The translations under genes were made by a program, and so were the position numbers. From Paramecium tetraurelia (Eukaryota), in assembly GCA_000165425.1 (NCBI GenBank), contig CT868678.1, forward strand, positions 186,001 to 250,000: a stretch of DNA of 64,000 nucleotides. Direction: 5' to 3'. This document shows, piece after piece, positions 17,352-31,161 of this stretch (the stretch's first letter is position 1; every line of letters starts with the position of its first letter). The notes below the pieces were generated by a model that searched no databases, had not been told where the DNA came from, and saw only the letters and a list, made by a program, of their open reading frames with translations.

Positions 17352-18807
17352 TCAATGCCAGGGAAGATTTTCTGTGTTTTGATTGCCTCCAGAAACGACC
17401 TTGTCTTTCTTAGCTCTATAATTCGAGTAATCGTAATCGTCTTCAATCTAAAAAGCCAAATAAGTTAAATAATTACATTTATAGTTTAAAACTAAGTTGT
17501 CTGAGTAGGAGGCTGATTTTCTTAAAATTAATTATTGGATTATTTGAGTTCAAACAATTTTTTCTATAAGCTTTAATTGACCTGCAATTGATTTAAAATA
17601 CTATCCTGTAAAATATCCATTTGGTGTTGTTTCTAAGCTTATTAATCGTTTAATGATGTTATTTAAGCCTACAATTCATCTTACTCTTTCTTAAGGAAAT
17701 CATAAAAGCTTTGAAGTTTTTAGATGGTTTGATTGAGAAATTCAACATCCTTCTTCTTGTCATCGATTATTTATTTTTATTAATCTACGTTATTTGCTAA
17801 TTAAATCTATTAGGCTTAATTTTAAAGCTTATTCTGTGAATAACTCGCTTGGAGATTGGAACCTTGGAATTCATTCTAAGATCCTGCTCTTTGTGGTTAT
17901 GGTGGTAAACCTGAAGGTAATTGTGGCATGGTTTGAGAAGTTGATCGAACCTAATTTTACTATTGGTCTCTTCTTGTTAATTGAAGCAAAGACTCAGGCA
18001 ATTATTAAGGTAATGGGATGTCTTTTCGACAAAGAGCTATCAAATGAACAGCAACAATAAACTCATTCTTAAAATAAAAACCTTTGTGTCCAATATCAAC
18101 TAAATTCTAAAGTTGGGTCAAAGTTAAAGCTGGGAGTTGTGACTTCTAAAAAAATGCTAAAGCCTAGTCCCCTTATATAAATCCTTAGTGTGCTTTATCT
18201 TATTGTGTGAAGCAGAGTTCATATCTATTATATTAATCATCAGGTAAATCGTACTAAAGTAATGTTAAATTTCATACTTTTGAATAATCTATTATGGGTT
18301 CAACATAAGTTTAGAGTGAGATTTGATTATGGTTTGGGACTGGTACTGTTTAGTAATAATTTGATTAGGGTAACTAATTTTAAGCTTATTAAAAGTTGTT
18401 GAACTACTGCTATTAAGGTTATAGGATTGGTTATTATTATTATTAGGGTTATTATTATTACTACTATTGTGGTACCTAGATTCCATCCATCACTGGAAGA
18501 GGAACTGGCCTATTTTAGTTCAATAATTGCTCATTAAATTCAAATCCATTTTAACAATATGCAATTAGTCTCATAACAGTGGCAAATTCTGAATAATAAA
18601 GTTTGCCTTCTTAATTCTTTACAGCTGCCAACCATACTCCTTTGAGTGCGTCAACTGGAAGTCGACTTTTTTTGAAAAATTGAACAGTACTCTTAGCCTC
18701 TGCAAAGCCTAGACCCTAAGAATCAAATCAAATTGAATTACTTATGGATCAAAGGGAGCCCAGAGTTGTCTGTAGTAGGCGTCTTCTTAAGGTGTATATT
18801 GAAACAT
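17352..18807 (-). CDS. EH-domain endocytic adaptor (Eps15/End3-like; two EH domains plus coiled coil)
   Basis: EH1: YYRQLW..FDP..VQFFKKSRLPVDALKGVW..EFATVMRLI. EH2: GFIQGDQALAFFQKSQLP..LVDIGHKG..EFIVAVHLI. Confidence 0.85.
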
Positions 18808-18837
18808 TTGAATTATTTTTATTATTGATATAAAAAT

Positions 18838-20084
18838 TCAATCCTTAATAATTGTCTTGCACTTTTTAATTGTTTTATGAACCTTTCTCTTCTTTTAATT
18901 CTTTTGCTACTCAGTTGGTGCTATAATTATTGGTTTGAGGATGACTCTCCTCTTTTTCACTACTTTTCTCGTTTTCTTTCTTTATTTAACCTCATCATTT
19001 TAAATTTAGTCGTGTTATTACTCTCCTTAGTGATCGATTAAATCATCTTGATCTTATTATAATAGTCTCGTTTATTACTAATTTTATATAAAATTCGACT
19101 AATGAACGAACATTTTGCTTTGATATCTTTATCTTAGAGCTTATTCTAGGGTTTATCTCTAGCAGTGTGTGATGAAGAGAATGCAAAGAAAAACGATAAA
19201 ATGTTTCATCAAAATTAAATTAATTATCTCACTACTCATTGGCTTCTTATTCTTTAAATTTTTGGGGCACAATACTGTCGAATGCCTTGCTCCAATCTTT
19301 ATACTTCAACCATCCAGATATCATCAAAGCAGCTGTACTCACATTCAAGCATTTTTTATAATTCTTTTTGATAAATTATCCAATAGGCAATTTTGCACTT
19401 CTCACTCCTAATTATCTACTTCTATTTAAAGTGGCATTTTTTATGATTACTCTAAAATAATTCTAATTAAAATATATACCTATCAACCAATCCTCCTATG
19501 ACATAGACCTCATCTTCCTTTATCTCTTGCAATTCCTCTTCGCCATCAGGACTTAAATACACAATATTTGCTTATTAAAATTCTTCGATGTCTGTGAATA
19601 GCCTCTCCTCTGATACTAATTGCCATTATTTGTAATTATATTGCTCTAAATATTTATGGAGTATTGGGTAGATATTTGTAACATAGATTTTAAGTGGGAC
19701 ATCTATCTTCCTATTTTCAGTATAAAGTTCCGATAACTATCTTGCAAGTGATCTTTATTCTTTGTCTGACATATTATCCTCAAAACCACAATCAATAATA
19801 ATCCTAAATGGACTTTAAAGTGCTTTCATTCCATTCTCTTTCTTTTGATTTCTTAATCCTTTAAACTGATGAACAAAATCATTCTTTTATTCCTAAGTTT
19901 CTAATGTTTAAATTATTTCCTATTTTTATTGCTTTATTTTCTTTTTTTTCTCCTTTTTCTTCTAAACTACCTTCTGTCTATGCAATTCATTCTTTATTTA
20001 TTATTTTTCTGATTTCAATTATTTGTTCTTTTCATTTTAATGTTCTGTAATAATATCGTCTCCAAATAGATCAAATATTTCCAT
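18838..20084 (-). CDS. TRM10: tRNA m1R9 methyltransferase, Trm10 family
   Basis: IVYLSPDGEEEL...VYVIGGLVDR...SAKLPIG...LNV...DWSKAFDSIVP. Confidence 0.88.
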
Positions 20085-21480
20085 AAAATTAATTTTTTAA
20101 TAAGAAAAATCCGTTCAAAATAATCAACCTAAAAATTGCAATTCACCAATTTTATGACTTTTAAATTCTACACTACTTTATATTATGTATTTAAAGTATT
20201 TACATAGCCTTCTCAAGCTTACAATTGATGGTGCCTAAGATTTACTCAGAATTAAATAAGAAATTATTTCTCAGTAAAGATGTTTTGGTTAATTAATTGA
20301 AAAAGAATTTAATTATGAAAAATTAAAAAAAGAAATAAATTCAATCAATGCAAATAGAAAGACTCAAAAATGATACAAGATATGCTTCAGCATGTGATAA
20401 TTGAAGAAAGCCTTGTCTAAATGCTATAATTCTTTTAAGCTAAATTAAGGACTAAGAAAAATTCTTACATTAAAATAAAAATAATAATTTTCAGATCTAA
20501 ATTGTGAATAATGATTATTATTGTAGATATGTAAATGAAGCTGATTAATTTGATATTATTGAATGAATTCAATTTGAATTAAACATAATTTGATTCCAAA
20601 AAATATAAAATTAACTTAATATCTTTCATATTTGTTGAATTATACAATTAATCCTAACCACTAAACATGTTGATTAATTATACATAATAGAATTTATACA
20701 AAAAGAACATTGTTATCATATTAACAATTTTGATAAAAAAATTTGGCTAATAAAGAAACCTTTTATAAATAATTCTTTGCATTTAAAATTTGGATATATA
20801 AATATAATTTTTTATCTTTGGTGAAGCATTACTAATGCAAATTGTCTGACATAGATCCTCAGAATAATAGAGAGTCCAAGGAGTCCTAACGAAGTCAAAA
20901 GTTACTTAAATGTTGAAATTAAAATTTACTGTCAGAAGAAGTATTGTTTTTACATAAATTAAATTTGATTTTTACTGTTAAATAAAATTTCAAGCTTTTG
21001 ACAGAATCTGAATATATCTAAATCACAACTTTTGCTAATACCCAATATTTGGATTATGCAAGGGAGTAATTGTTAAAATTTTTTCAAATAAATATTGTTT
21101 GTTAGCATAACTGGATTTTGGAAAATATATTATCTGCTAACTGATTTAAATTGAGCATCAAGCTACACTAATAGTTATTACTCTTCGGCTTATACATCAT
21201 AGCTATATTATATCAGCTCAATGGTAGCCTTTTAAAAATACTACAAAAAATACTGCTTTGAATCACTTATAAGGCTGAAGGCATTCTTGAAATTAATAGA
21301 ATTAATGTAAGTTCAAATACATACACAATATAAAAACCGTATTTCACCACTTTTAAAAAATTCAAGAATCACTGGTATAATGATTTATGGTACAGAGAGG
21401 TAGATTAAATATTTAATTTGATTAGAAACAACTAGAGTATTATATGATTGAATAGATAAATAAAATATAATGGTTGTTCT

Positions 21481-22772
21481 TCATTTTTTATCTTACTTTT
21501 TTCTACTGCTATTATTATTAAGATTTATTTTCAATTAGACTACTGGCTTCTGTGAATCACTTTTGTCTTCGTTTCCAATTTTCTTGATTTTTTTGGATTT
21601 TTGATTGACTTTGATGTCCACATTAACTTAATCCTAAGAATTCAAGACTTAAGCGATATCCTATTGGGCTTGGATCTCAGCATCAGTTCTATTAAGACAC
21701 TATTCACATTTGCATAGATCACTGCATTTTAAGTTTTGGCTATAGCATTCGCAATACTTCTTTTTGCATCCAGATTTTTTACAATTACAACCTTTTCTAG
21801 TTATATTTGAATTATCTTTGGTTGGTTCTTTAAGTGGTTTATCTTAAAATTACTATGAGAAGTTACCTTATTATTAGACAGAGAATTAGGTTTGACCCTT
21901 TTATTGAAAACATTGTGCGAAAGCATCTGGATTTCTAAGCAAAGCTTCTTCAATTGCTTTTGACCTTTCTTGTGGATTATCGATTCTATTCTTACAATCT
22001 TAGCAATTGCAGCTTTGTGAACAAACCTTTTGTTATTGATATTATTAATTCTTATACCCAATTATTGGCAAAGCATTCGCAATAGAGTTTGAGGCATTTG
22101 CTTTTTTTACAATTACATTAGAAATCCGACACTTTTTGATATTAAACTAACTGAAACACTTTGGATTGCAATTCCTTGGAAACGGTATTTTAGCATTGCA
22201 GTCCATCATACTGAGATTAGGGATAATAACAAAATGGGGGCATTAATTATTATTATGGTCTTTAATGATACCATGGACTGGGTGGAACCATATATGGCTA
22301 ACCTTGATGTGTGGGTGGAGGATATTTCATAAACATTGTTTGTGGCGCGTATTTCATAGGTGGATAATAACTGAATGGATAGGACACAGGAATACGATGT
22401 GGATCATCGTCAATGTGATCCATTTGCGGAACTTCACCTAAAGAATGCTTTGGATAAGGATAGCTACTTTGCCCTTTCCTATCGCTGTTCATTTGCGGAT
22501 ATTTCTGTTGATCATAGTCATGATAGACTTGCATAGGATTGTAGGGTTTACCTTATTTCTCTAATTCAAATGGAGGAGGACACATGGGAGGGAATAATTA
22601 TGGATAAGGCATAGGTGTAAATCGTGGTGATGGGTTCCCTTAATACCCCCAATCCTCTGTAAAATCCTGCACTTTCTTATTGTCAGGTTTTGGTTATGGG
22701 TCATTTGAAACATCCCTTCATTATCATTTACATGTTAATTTACCTATTCTGTTCCTCCGAATCAGCACTCAT
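21481..22772 (-). CDS. CRC (tesmin/TSO1/LIN54-like CXC) domain protein
   Basis: [22 protein letters not shown], linker RNPDAF, then [17 protein letters not shown]. Confidence 0.92.
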
Positions 22773-24012
22773 AAATTAAATATTTAATCTCTTAAGATAT
22801 TTAAATTAATGATCAAATAAAATATAAATTAGATGGGCTCTAACTTACTCTTCTTAATTATTTTTAATCAAAATTTCAATGTCAAAAGAATACTCAATTA
22901 CATTTTAATCATTATTTAGAAATTGAAAATTTACTTATCGATTAATTTGAATGTTATCAATACTTTTTCTTTATTGAAATTTATGATTTAAATTCAAGAG
23001 AATTATTTAAAATTCAATAATTGATCTTTTTAACCCTAAAATAGTAAATAATTTCTACTAAATTATAACTTTATTGATAAATTAATAGCTCAGTATAAAT
23101 CTGTAAAATGCAACTCCTGAATTACTGCATACAGGAAATAAGCATACTTCTATTATCCTGTAAGAAGGCAAAAAATTCCAATTTAATTTAAACGGAATGC
23201 CAAATATTAACAAAACCATTCGATATAGATTAAAAATCCATTAAGAAGTGACTAATATCTTATAGGTAGATATTAAATTGTGATATATGAAAATTCTAAA
23301 TAACAACATTCTTATATTTAACAAACTCTTTGAAGTATGAATTAGTCAAAGTACTTCTTTAATTCTATTTTTTGGAATTTTATTCTAGGTTTAATGCCAT
23401 TTTTTTCAATTAAGGACTATCTAGAAATCTTGCTTTTTTGGCAATAAATTGATTTTCATTTAATGATCAATTTCCAAAGCACTGAGATATTAAAAAATTC
23501 TTTTTGCATTCTCAAATTTTTCAAAATACGCATAGAAATTATTAAAAACCAATATATTCATTCCCTTTAGTTATGTAAGAAGATTAAGATTTCATTAATT
23601 ACAAATAAAACTAATAATATTTGATATTAACCCAATTCACTTTTTTGGGCAATTTAAGTAAATTTAATTTTATATATATTTTATTTCAATCTTTTTATCA
23701 TTATTAATTAATCAGGTTATTTTATTTAGAAATATTAATTAATAGAATTCTAGAATTTTTCCTTCTCCTAAAAATCTTCCTCTAACTAATTATTAATAAA
23801 TGGTGCATATCTAATTTGCCATTGTTAATTCAATTCTGTTTGCTATGTCTCAAGAATTTAAATATGTTTAAATAATAATTTTCTATTGGATATTGAGATT
23901 TATAGTTCTTCAGGTAGATTGATATGGAGTAGTGTAAACACACATATATATATGATAATTAGGTTAATTTTTTAAAAACATCTTTGTTTTAATAATTATT
24001 ATAAATAATATC

Positions 24013-25426
24013 ATGTATAATTAAAATAATGAAAAGGTCAATTCTCTGTTTGATTTAGTTGAAAATGATTTCATTGTGAATTATTTATTGGATCCACCGT
24101 AAGTGCTTGATTTTATTTTATTAGTCATGCATTTCCAAGAACTAATAGTAACTAAAATTTTATTGGATTATAATAAAATTTCTCATTGTTGGATAATTAG
24201 TATGAACCAATGGACATGAAATAAGACGAGCCAATTGCAGAAGCAAAGAAATAAAAATCGAAAAAACGAAAAACTCAAAAAAGCAATGTAAAGAATTTAA
24301 AACCAATGTGATTTAGGAATCTGAACAATTAAAATAAAAGGATCCATTTTAGTACAAGAATAACTTAAAGAACACATACATCAATAAGATTACGAGTTTG
24401 GTTTAGCAGGATAGTCAGAAATTGTTACAACAACAATAGGCAAAATTTAGAACATCAGAGGATGATAGAATTGATAAAAATAACAGTGTTTCTTATTAGG
24501 ATATAGAGGATAGCACTCAGGCCAAATTGTTAAGGAACAGAGAATGTGCTAGGAATTCAAGGAAGAGGAAGAAGATTTACATTGAGTTGTTGGAAAACCG
24601 AGTCAAATAATTAAATGATGAACTCGAAAAACAGAAATTATTGAATAAGACAAGTGCAGGTTACTTGAATAAGATGAGTTAGAATCAATAAGTATTTATT
24701 CATGAGAATATTTTCATAGTTGCAAGGATTCTTTTTGGGAAGGTAATAATTATATGAGAAATTGGAGAAATCCATCCAAAACAAGGCAGATGATAATGAA
24801 TTAAATTTATTGTTAGATTCAATGAGGTTTAGAGTTGGTGGAGGTGGCAAAGAAAGAGTAAGTGCATCCAATTACTTCTTTAATCAAATATTGGAGATCT
24901 GCTTTCCTGTTCATGTTCGATACATGTTATGGGCTGCTAGTGAAAGCAAGGACTTATTTGCTGATTAATTAGATCAGTAATAGTAGGAAGGATAGCCTTA
25001 ATGGTTGTTGGATCTGACCAGGGATCTCTAGATAAACGAAACTCAGAAAAAATAGATGAAGAAATCATAAAGAAGGATCATAAGTGATAAGAATAAACTA
25101 TTAGAGTAATTCATATTCAATAACCTTATAGAATCTTGACTTAATTCCAAGAAATCAAAGAATAACTATATAATAAAACTTCCTAAGTGGAGAACTTTAT
25201 TGATGAACTTAGAAATATTTTAAATCCTACACAAGTTGGCAAGTTTTTAATTGGTTTAGAGAAAGTATGATCATAACTTATAATGTAGAACAAATTTAGA
25301 AGAGAAATGACAATATCCAAGATATGGAATATATTTGATGATCAGAGTGATGATGAAGAAGCGGAAGTTGAAGTTAAAGAAGAGGATTCTGTAGAAGAAC
25401 CAGCTAAGAAAAAAGTATAAATTTGA
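24013..25426 (+). CDS. bZIP transcription factor
   Basis: KLLRNRECARNSRKRKKIYIELLENRVKQLNDEL, with NLS-like C-terminal PAKKKV. Confidence 0.9.
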
Positions 25427-25488
25427 AATTTGTTATGTTACATGTCTCATCAATAAATAATATAATATCTATATCATTGTTATCATCA

Positions 25489-26756
25489 TCATTAGTTTTT
25501 GTAAGCATAATAAAAAATACTTCCACCTAAGATTAAAGATATCAACAACTATAGTAATCCAATCATAGGACGATAGTATAACCAGCAAAAGCAAATGGAG
25601 AATATATTGATAGGTATTGCACCAATAAGGCCATAAATAATAAAACCAAATCCACTCAGTTGATCTGATTAAATCAATTACGATAATTATGATACAGGAG
25701 ATAATAAAATTATCGATCCCACAGCCTATGTTATTCCATTTTTATATATACTATCAAAATATAGCCAATACTTCTAAAGACCCAAAAAAGCAAAGCATTT
25801 TCATTAACTACTTTTTAAAGACATTCTTCAGGAGTAAAAAGACCTTAAAAAATCCAATAAATTTGTTTGATTGGTTTGTCCTCATTTGGAAGTTAGGTAT
25901 CAGATAACTCCTTCTCTTGCACTTGATTTTATTTGGATACAGTTTTATTATATGTATCTTCAAATTACCAAACCAAAAGTGAATTGATGATCGCTCTAGC
26001 AACTATTGTGGCATCACTACAAATTACTTATTTGAAACATATTCTCAAATCCCCATTTACAATTTGATCTTCAACCTAATGCATGTAGATGTAGTCATCT
26101 TATAATAAGCTTAATAGAATCAATAATATATACAATCTTCTATATCCTTTATCCTTGTATCTCTATTAGAATATCTGAACATTTGCCTAATTCAATTTGA
26201 CAGTTTCTAAAGGAGTATTGAGTTGGGTTTTCATGTCCTCAGGCAATTCAAATTGATGCAATTTAACACTTATATTTAAGAAGGTCTCTGAATTTAAAAT
26301 CCATTTAGATTTGTCATTATTATATCCAAAAGAGTTTTCAACATAATGATCGACCCATTATTGCTCTTTCTACTTCTCTCCCACAACCCATTAATACATT
26401 TCCACATTTCTATACAACTTTACACAATTGATTTAAGAGACACCAAATTCTTTATCAGTTACTAATTCATCAGTGATCAATTAACCAGTGATGTGAATTA
26501 AATCTTCGGGGTTTGATTCTTAAAAAGGTGTAAGGGAGATACAATTCTATCTTGCATATTAAAGGCGATATGAATTGATAGCCGCTTTTCTTTCATTGAA
26601 CTACAATAATATAAAAGAGATTGCTATGCACGCCACTCCAGCAAATATCAAATTTGTTTCCAAATCTTCGGAACCTGATCGAAGGTGATGAATATGTTTT
26701 TGAATCTCTGAACCTAATGTAATTGAAATAAGGGTAAATAATTTCAAATATTTCAT
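25489..26756 (-). CDS. TMEM43/LUMA (DUF1625)-like membrane protein
   Basis: Signal-like N-terminus; LLQFNERKAA; IHITGQL..D.EFGV..KLYRNVEMYQWV; three C-terminal TM helices. Confidence 0.8.
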
Positions 26757-28069
26757 TAATTAATATGTTTTATATTCACCAAACCATTATACCAATCCAT
26801 CATATGATCTTAAGAATGGAACAGCAAATCAATTGACCCTTGATTTAGAGTGAGAATTTGCAAAGGCCAATAAGAGAGACTTGGAACATTGTTTTCTTTG
26901 TCCTGCATTTTGCTCGGCTTTCTCTTTAGATATCCCTGTATTTATTTGGGAATTATCACTCTCAAAATTTGAGAAAGAGGCAACTAAGAGTCGATTACCT
27001 AAGGTTTCAATTGATTTCTAAACTCAATTCTATCCTAAGTCAATTATGCCATCCTTAGCCCATAGCCCAATTACGTAGGGTTTTGATGTTGAAATACATC
27101 AAACTCCCTTTTCTATGGTATATTTGAGAACTTTTTGAGTAACAAAGTCCCTTTTGTTAATGATCTCTTTAAAGGATTGTCTCTCAAGTAGTAAGACTTA
27201 GACATTTAGGGACTGATTTAAGCAGTTGAATGTTTATGACTAAATATAGTTTTGCTATGATAATGTTATCTGATAGGTTGATTGCTGTTTAATAGTTATT
27301 CTTCATAAATAGTATGTAATTTGATTGGATGAGAGGATTTAGTAATGATGTTATTGAATTCATCCATGTGTTAGATTAAGGAGTCATCTTATTATGAATT
27401 AACGATTTATTTGGAGAGATCTGATGATTGAATTCTTTTATAATAATAACACAAATTACATTTAGGATAATTGGAGAGTATCATCCCTCTTTTGAAGGAT
27501 TGATTGATTTGTCCTATTTTATTGCTGATTTAATTGGCTAGACAAATCGTTATCCACATAAAAAATATTGTATTAAATGGCTTGGTCTATTTAGTTGAAT
27601 TGTTAGTATATTTAAGTAATGCCTTATATCTTTTTGTTGTACTATGTGTATATCATTCCTTTTATCTACTCCTTTTATTCAAGTAACTGTTATTGATACT
27701 TCTCCTCTCCATGTATTACTCTAAACCCCTTAAAATCACTAACTTAATTTAATCGACACAATTACTCCAATTAGCCATATATTATTCAAAAACTTGGAGG
27801 GTTTGCTCCTCCATCCTTTTGTTTAGTTCTTAATGCAAGGTTTCTCTCTCCTTAATCAAACTCTTAATCTTTTGATCTGAAGAACAATTGTTTTGAATTT
27901 CTTAAGCTAGCTCTTGAAGTTTAATGGCCAAACTATATTCGAAAGTACTATTGGTTTTCTGAAACTCTAACAATTCTTCGAGTTCTTCGTAATGCCCTAT
28001 CAATTCAACACGTTAGAGCAATTTGGCATTCAAATCTTCCATCAACATCTGTTGCCATTCTGAATTCAT
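26753..28069 (-). CDS. Coiled-coil protein with C-terminal PH-like domain
   Basis: ATG 28069. C-terminus LTKGTLLLKK...YWPLQILTLNQGSIDLLFHSQDHMMDWYNGL matches the PH terminal helix Trp pattern. TGA 26753-26755. Confidence 0.7.
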
Positions 28070-28119
28070 TTTAAAATATTATATTTAACTGTTAGTATAA
28101 ATTAATAAATATAATCCAG

Positions 28120-29844
28120 TCATTTTTATAAAGTTACGATATGGCTTTTCAATTCCTGTATCTGTTTATTTGATCTTTGATATTGTTCATCCATAAATTA
28201 GTAATCATGATGCTTATTCTTATAAGTAGCTAACTCTTATCTTAAAGAAGCTGTTTGAGCATTCAATCTCTAAATTTCCTTTTAGAGACTGTAATTCTTT
28301 TCATCATTCAATTCCAACAGCTTAATCCTATTCTTCAAAGCTTACACCTCTTCCAAATCCACATTCGGCTTATTTGATTAGTAGGCAATGATTTATTCCT
28401 TCTCTCTTAGCTTTTTCAAAGTGTCCTAAAACATTATATTTTATTGTTATAAATCTGCTTCTTTCTGTTGCAACTTGTCTTATAACTCAGCAGTGATAGA
28501 TGTCAATTAGGCATTTTGTTCTTAAAGACACTTTTGTTTAAATTGATCTTCCTTTTTACTATCATTAAACACCTATTCCATTCTGCTTTGTTTCGACTTC
28601 CATTACTCTATTTCTAATTTAAGTTCATTAATGAGAACATTATTCATTTAATTCTGTTAAATTCTCTAACTGTATTGCATGTTTGTATTCTTATTGACCT
28701 CTAATTCAATTTATTTCTACTTTAATAGTTCATTTAATTTATTGTAATCATTTTCAATAATGTTGTAGTTTTGTTTTAGGTGATTGTATTACACATCTAA
28801 TTAAGATTTCTCATTGGCTATGAATTCCAACTCATTAATCTTATTAGCCTAATCCTATATTCTAGCACTAGCATATTCTATTTTGGATCTTTATTCATTT
28901 AATTAATCTATTAATTAATCAATATATGAATCAATTTATTATGATTTGTTCAATTCCATAATTAGATTTTAATTTAAGGCCTTCTGCTATTCGAAATTCC
29001 TCAACAACTCCTAATTTTTTTCATGCAATTACATATTCTCATGTTCTTAATTACATAAAAACTATTCTGTTCTACTTACAAAGCAACAATCTCTTATTTT
29101 AATTTCAAACAACTTCTTTTCTGCTATTCTAATTCTTATTATATACACTTAATTTTGTCCAATTACTCTATTGATTTCTAATTGTGCTTATTGTGTTTCC
29201 TATGCTCTTTACTGAAATATTTGTTGATAATAATCGATCTCTTATTGCAAATTTCTATATTACTCTTACTTTTATTGCAATTAAATTTCCTATGTCTGAA
29301 TAGTTGAGTTCAATTGATGCACATAAGTCTGTTAATTCTTGTATTCAGCAATTTATTGACACAAATGTTGGTTCTCTTGATTTGATAGCATCAAGGCTTC
29401 ATTAACCTTTTCCAATTGATTGGTAACGAGTGTTAGCTTCTCCTGCAATTCATACGTATATGCTAACTGCTGTCTAAGCTTTTCATTTTCAATCGCATAG
29501 TGTTGCTTTGATATATGAATGTACCAATACCAATTTTTAATTCAAAAGTTCAGTTTAACCAATCTATGGCCTATCCGACAACTATCTTAATAATTAATTA
29601 TTCTCGCTCTGTAAGTCTTGCTAATTAAAAATCACACATAGATGCATACATATTTTTTAGCCAAGTCTTGATATTGATGTTGAAGCTGAGAATCTCTGTA
29701 GCCATAATCTGTACTTGGAGATTGTTGATATCGAATTGGTTATTGAATGATTGGCTATTAGTACTTGTTGGGATCAACGTATATGGTGGTAGTAGGTATA
29801 TTTTGATGAGGTACATTCCTGTAAGGACTTTGATTGAGATACAT
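28120..29844 (-). CDS. Gln-rich coiled-coil protein
   Basis: MYLNQSPYRNVPHQ..., long heptad region, TGA 28120-28122. Confidence 0.72.
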
Positions 29845-30105
29845 AAATGTCGAGCAAAATTAGTTGTTACAAACAAAATTTATTAATAAAATTAGTTATG
29901 TATGATAAATCAAATTCAGAACACTCCTTTTGTTCAATTATGAGATGCTATGGTGGATCTGAACATTAAATAAAATACGATAGTATCATACATGATATTA
30001 ATTAGGAGTCTCTCCAAAAATGTCCATCTGATTTTATAATTATGAAATTTATTTATTATTTTTAAACAATTTCATAGGAATAATTTTTATTAATTAGTGT
30101 CATAA

Positions 30106-31080
30106 TCAATGTTGTACTTTTGGTGAGAAAGGTCTTGTGAAATCTTGAGTCTTTTTCTCTGAATTCTTTACGGACAGAGGCTCTCTTATTTGATGAGCAT
30201 AGGATCTTTAAACTTCTTGTATCTGTCTATCTTCTAATGCGAAATTTAGGATTGCACATTTGATCTAAATTGAGTGCGGAGGCATTATTTGATTAAAATG
30301 AGGGAAGATGCGATTGAATTTGTAAAAGATAAGCATTCTTGCCTGTAGAGATTAACACTATTTTAATTAGTATATGTATTTACTTCTTTATAAAGTTCTA
30401 ACAATTATTATTTGTTACTTATGAGATTGGGATTCTTTTCGATTAAGTACTTTACATCTTTCAAGATGAAAATGTAAATGTCCTATATATCAAAATACAG
30501 AAATTTAACTAAATGAGCTATTATATCATTAGGTACTTGTTCATTATTAATTGTCTCGATCAATCGTTGCATATTCATTCCAATATAACATTAATTTGAG
30601 AGAGTAAAATAAATCATTAAATCATCGTAAGGCTTACCAATATCTTCATTAATTAAAGTTGTCTACGATGCCAACTTGTATATGTAACAATAATAGGATT
30701 AGCACAATTTTCCAATCAAATTATCTGTTCCGTCATTTGATTTAATGTTTATGGTTAATTTAGTATTTATGATCATTTTAGAAAATTCTGCTCTTGCTAC
30801 TTAAGAACTTATAATTATATGGACTAAAAGCAGCATTTTGAGTTTTACATAAAAATTTTCCTTTCTTTATAAGTGATCTCCTACCACTTGTAACAATTAG
30901 TTTAAAAATAATATCTAAATGAAGAATATATCCCTACTTTAGTTTGATCATTTAAAAAAAAATGCTTAAGCCGATTACTAATTTCCAGTTAAGACATAAA
31001 TTAAGTATCATTAACAACGAGCTTCAAATCAGATAGAGCCATTATGACTTTATTGATAGATTGAGCTCCAGTATTGTCAT
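30106..31080 (-). CDS. ANTH (AP180/CALM)-like domain protein, divergent
   Basis: NFYVKLKMLLLVHII, LCQSYYCYIYK, FLYFDIQDIY, LLELYKE..RMLIFY resemble ANTH helices. Two small introns restore a single frame. Confidence 0.55.
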
Positions 31081-31161
31081 TTAGAAATTGCTTTATTTTC
31101 ATGATCATAATATAATTATATATAATCTGTTAAGTTTTTAAATACATATATATCTATATAG

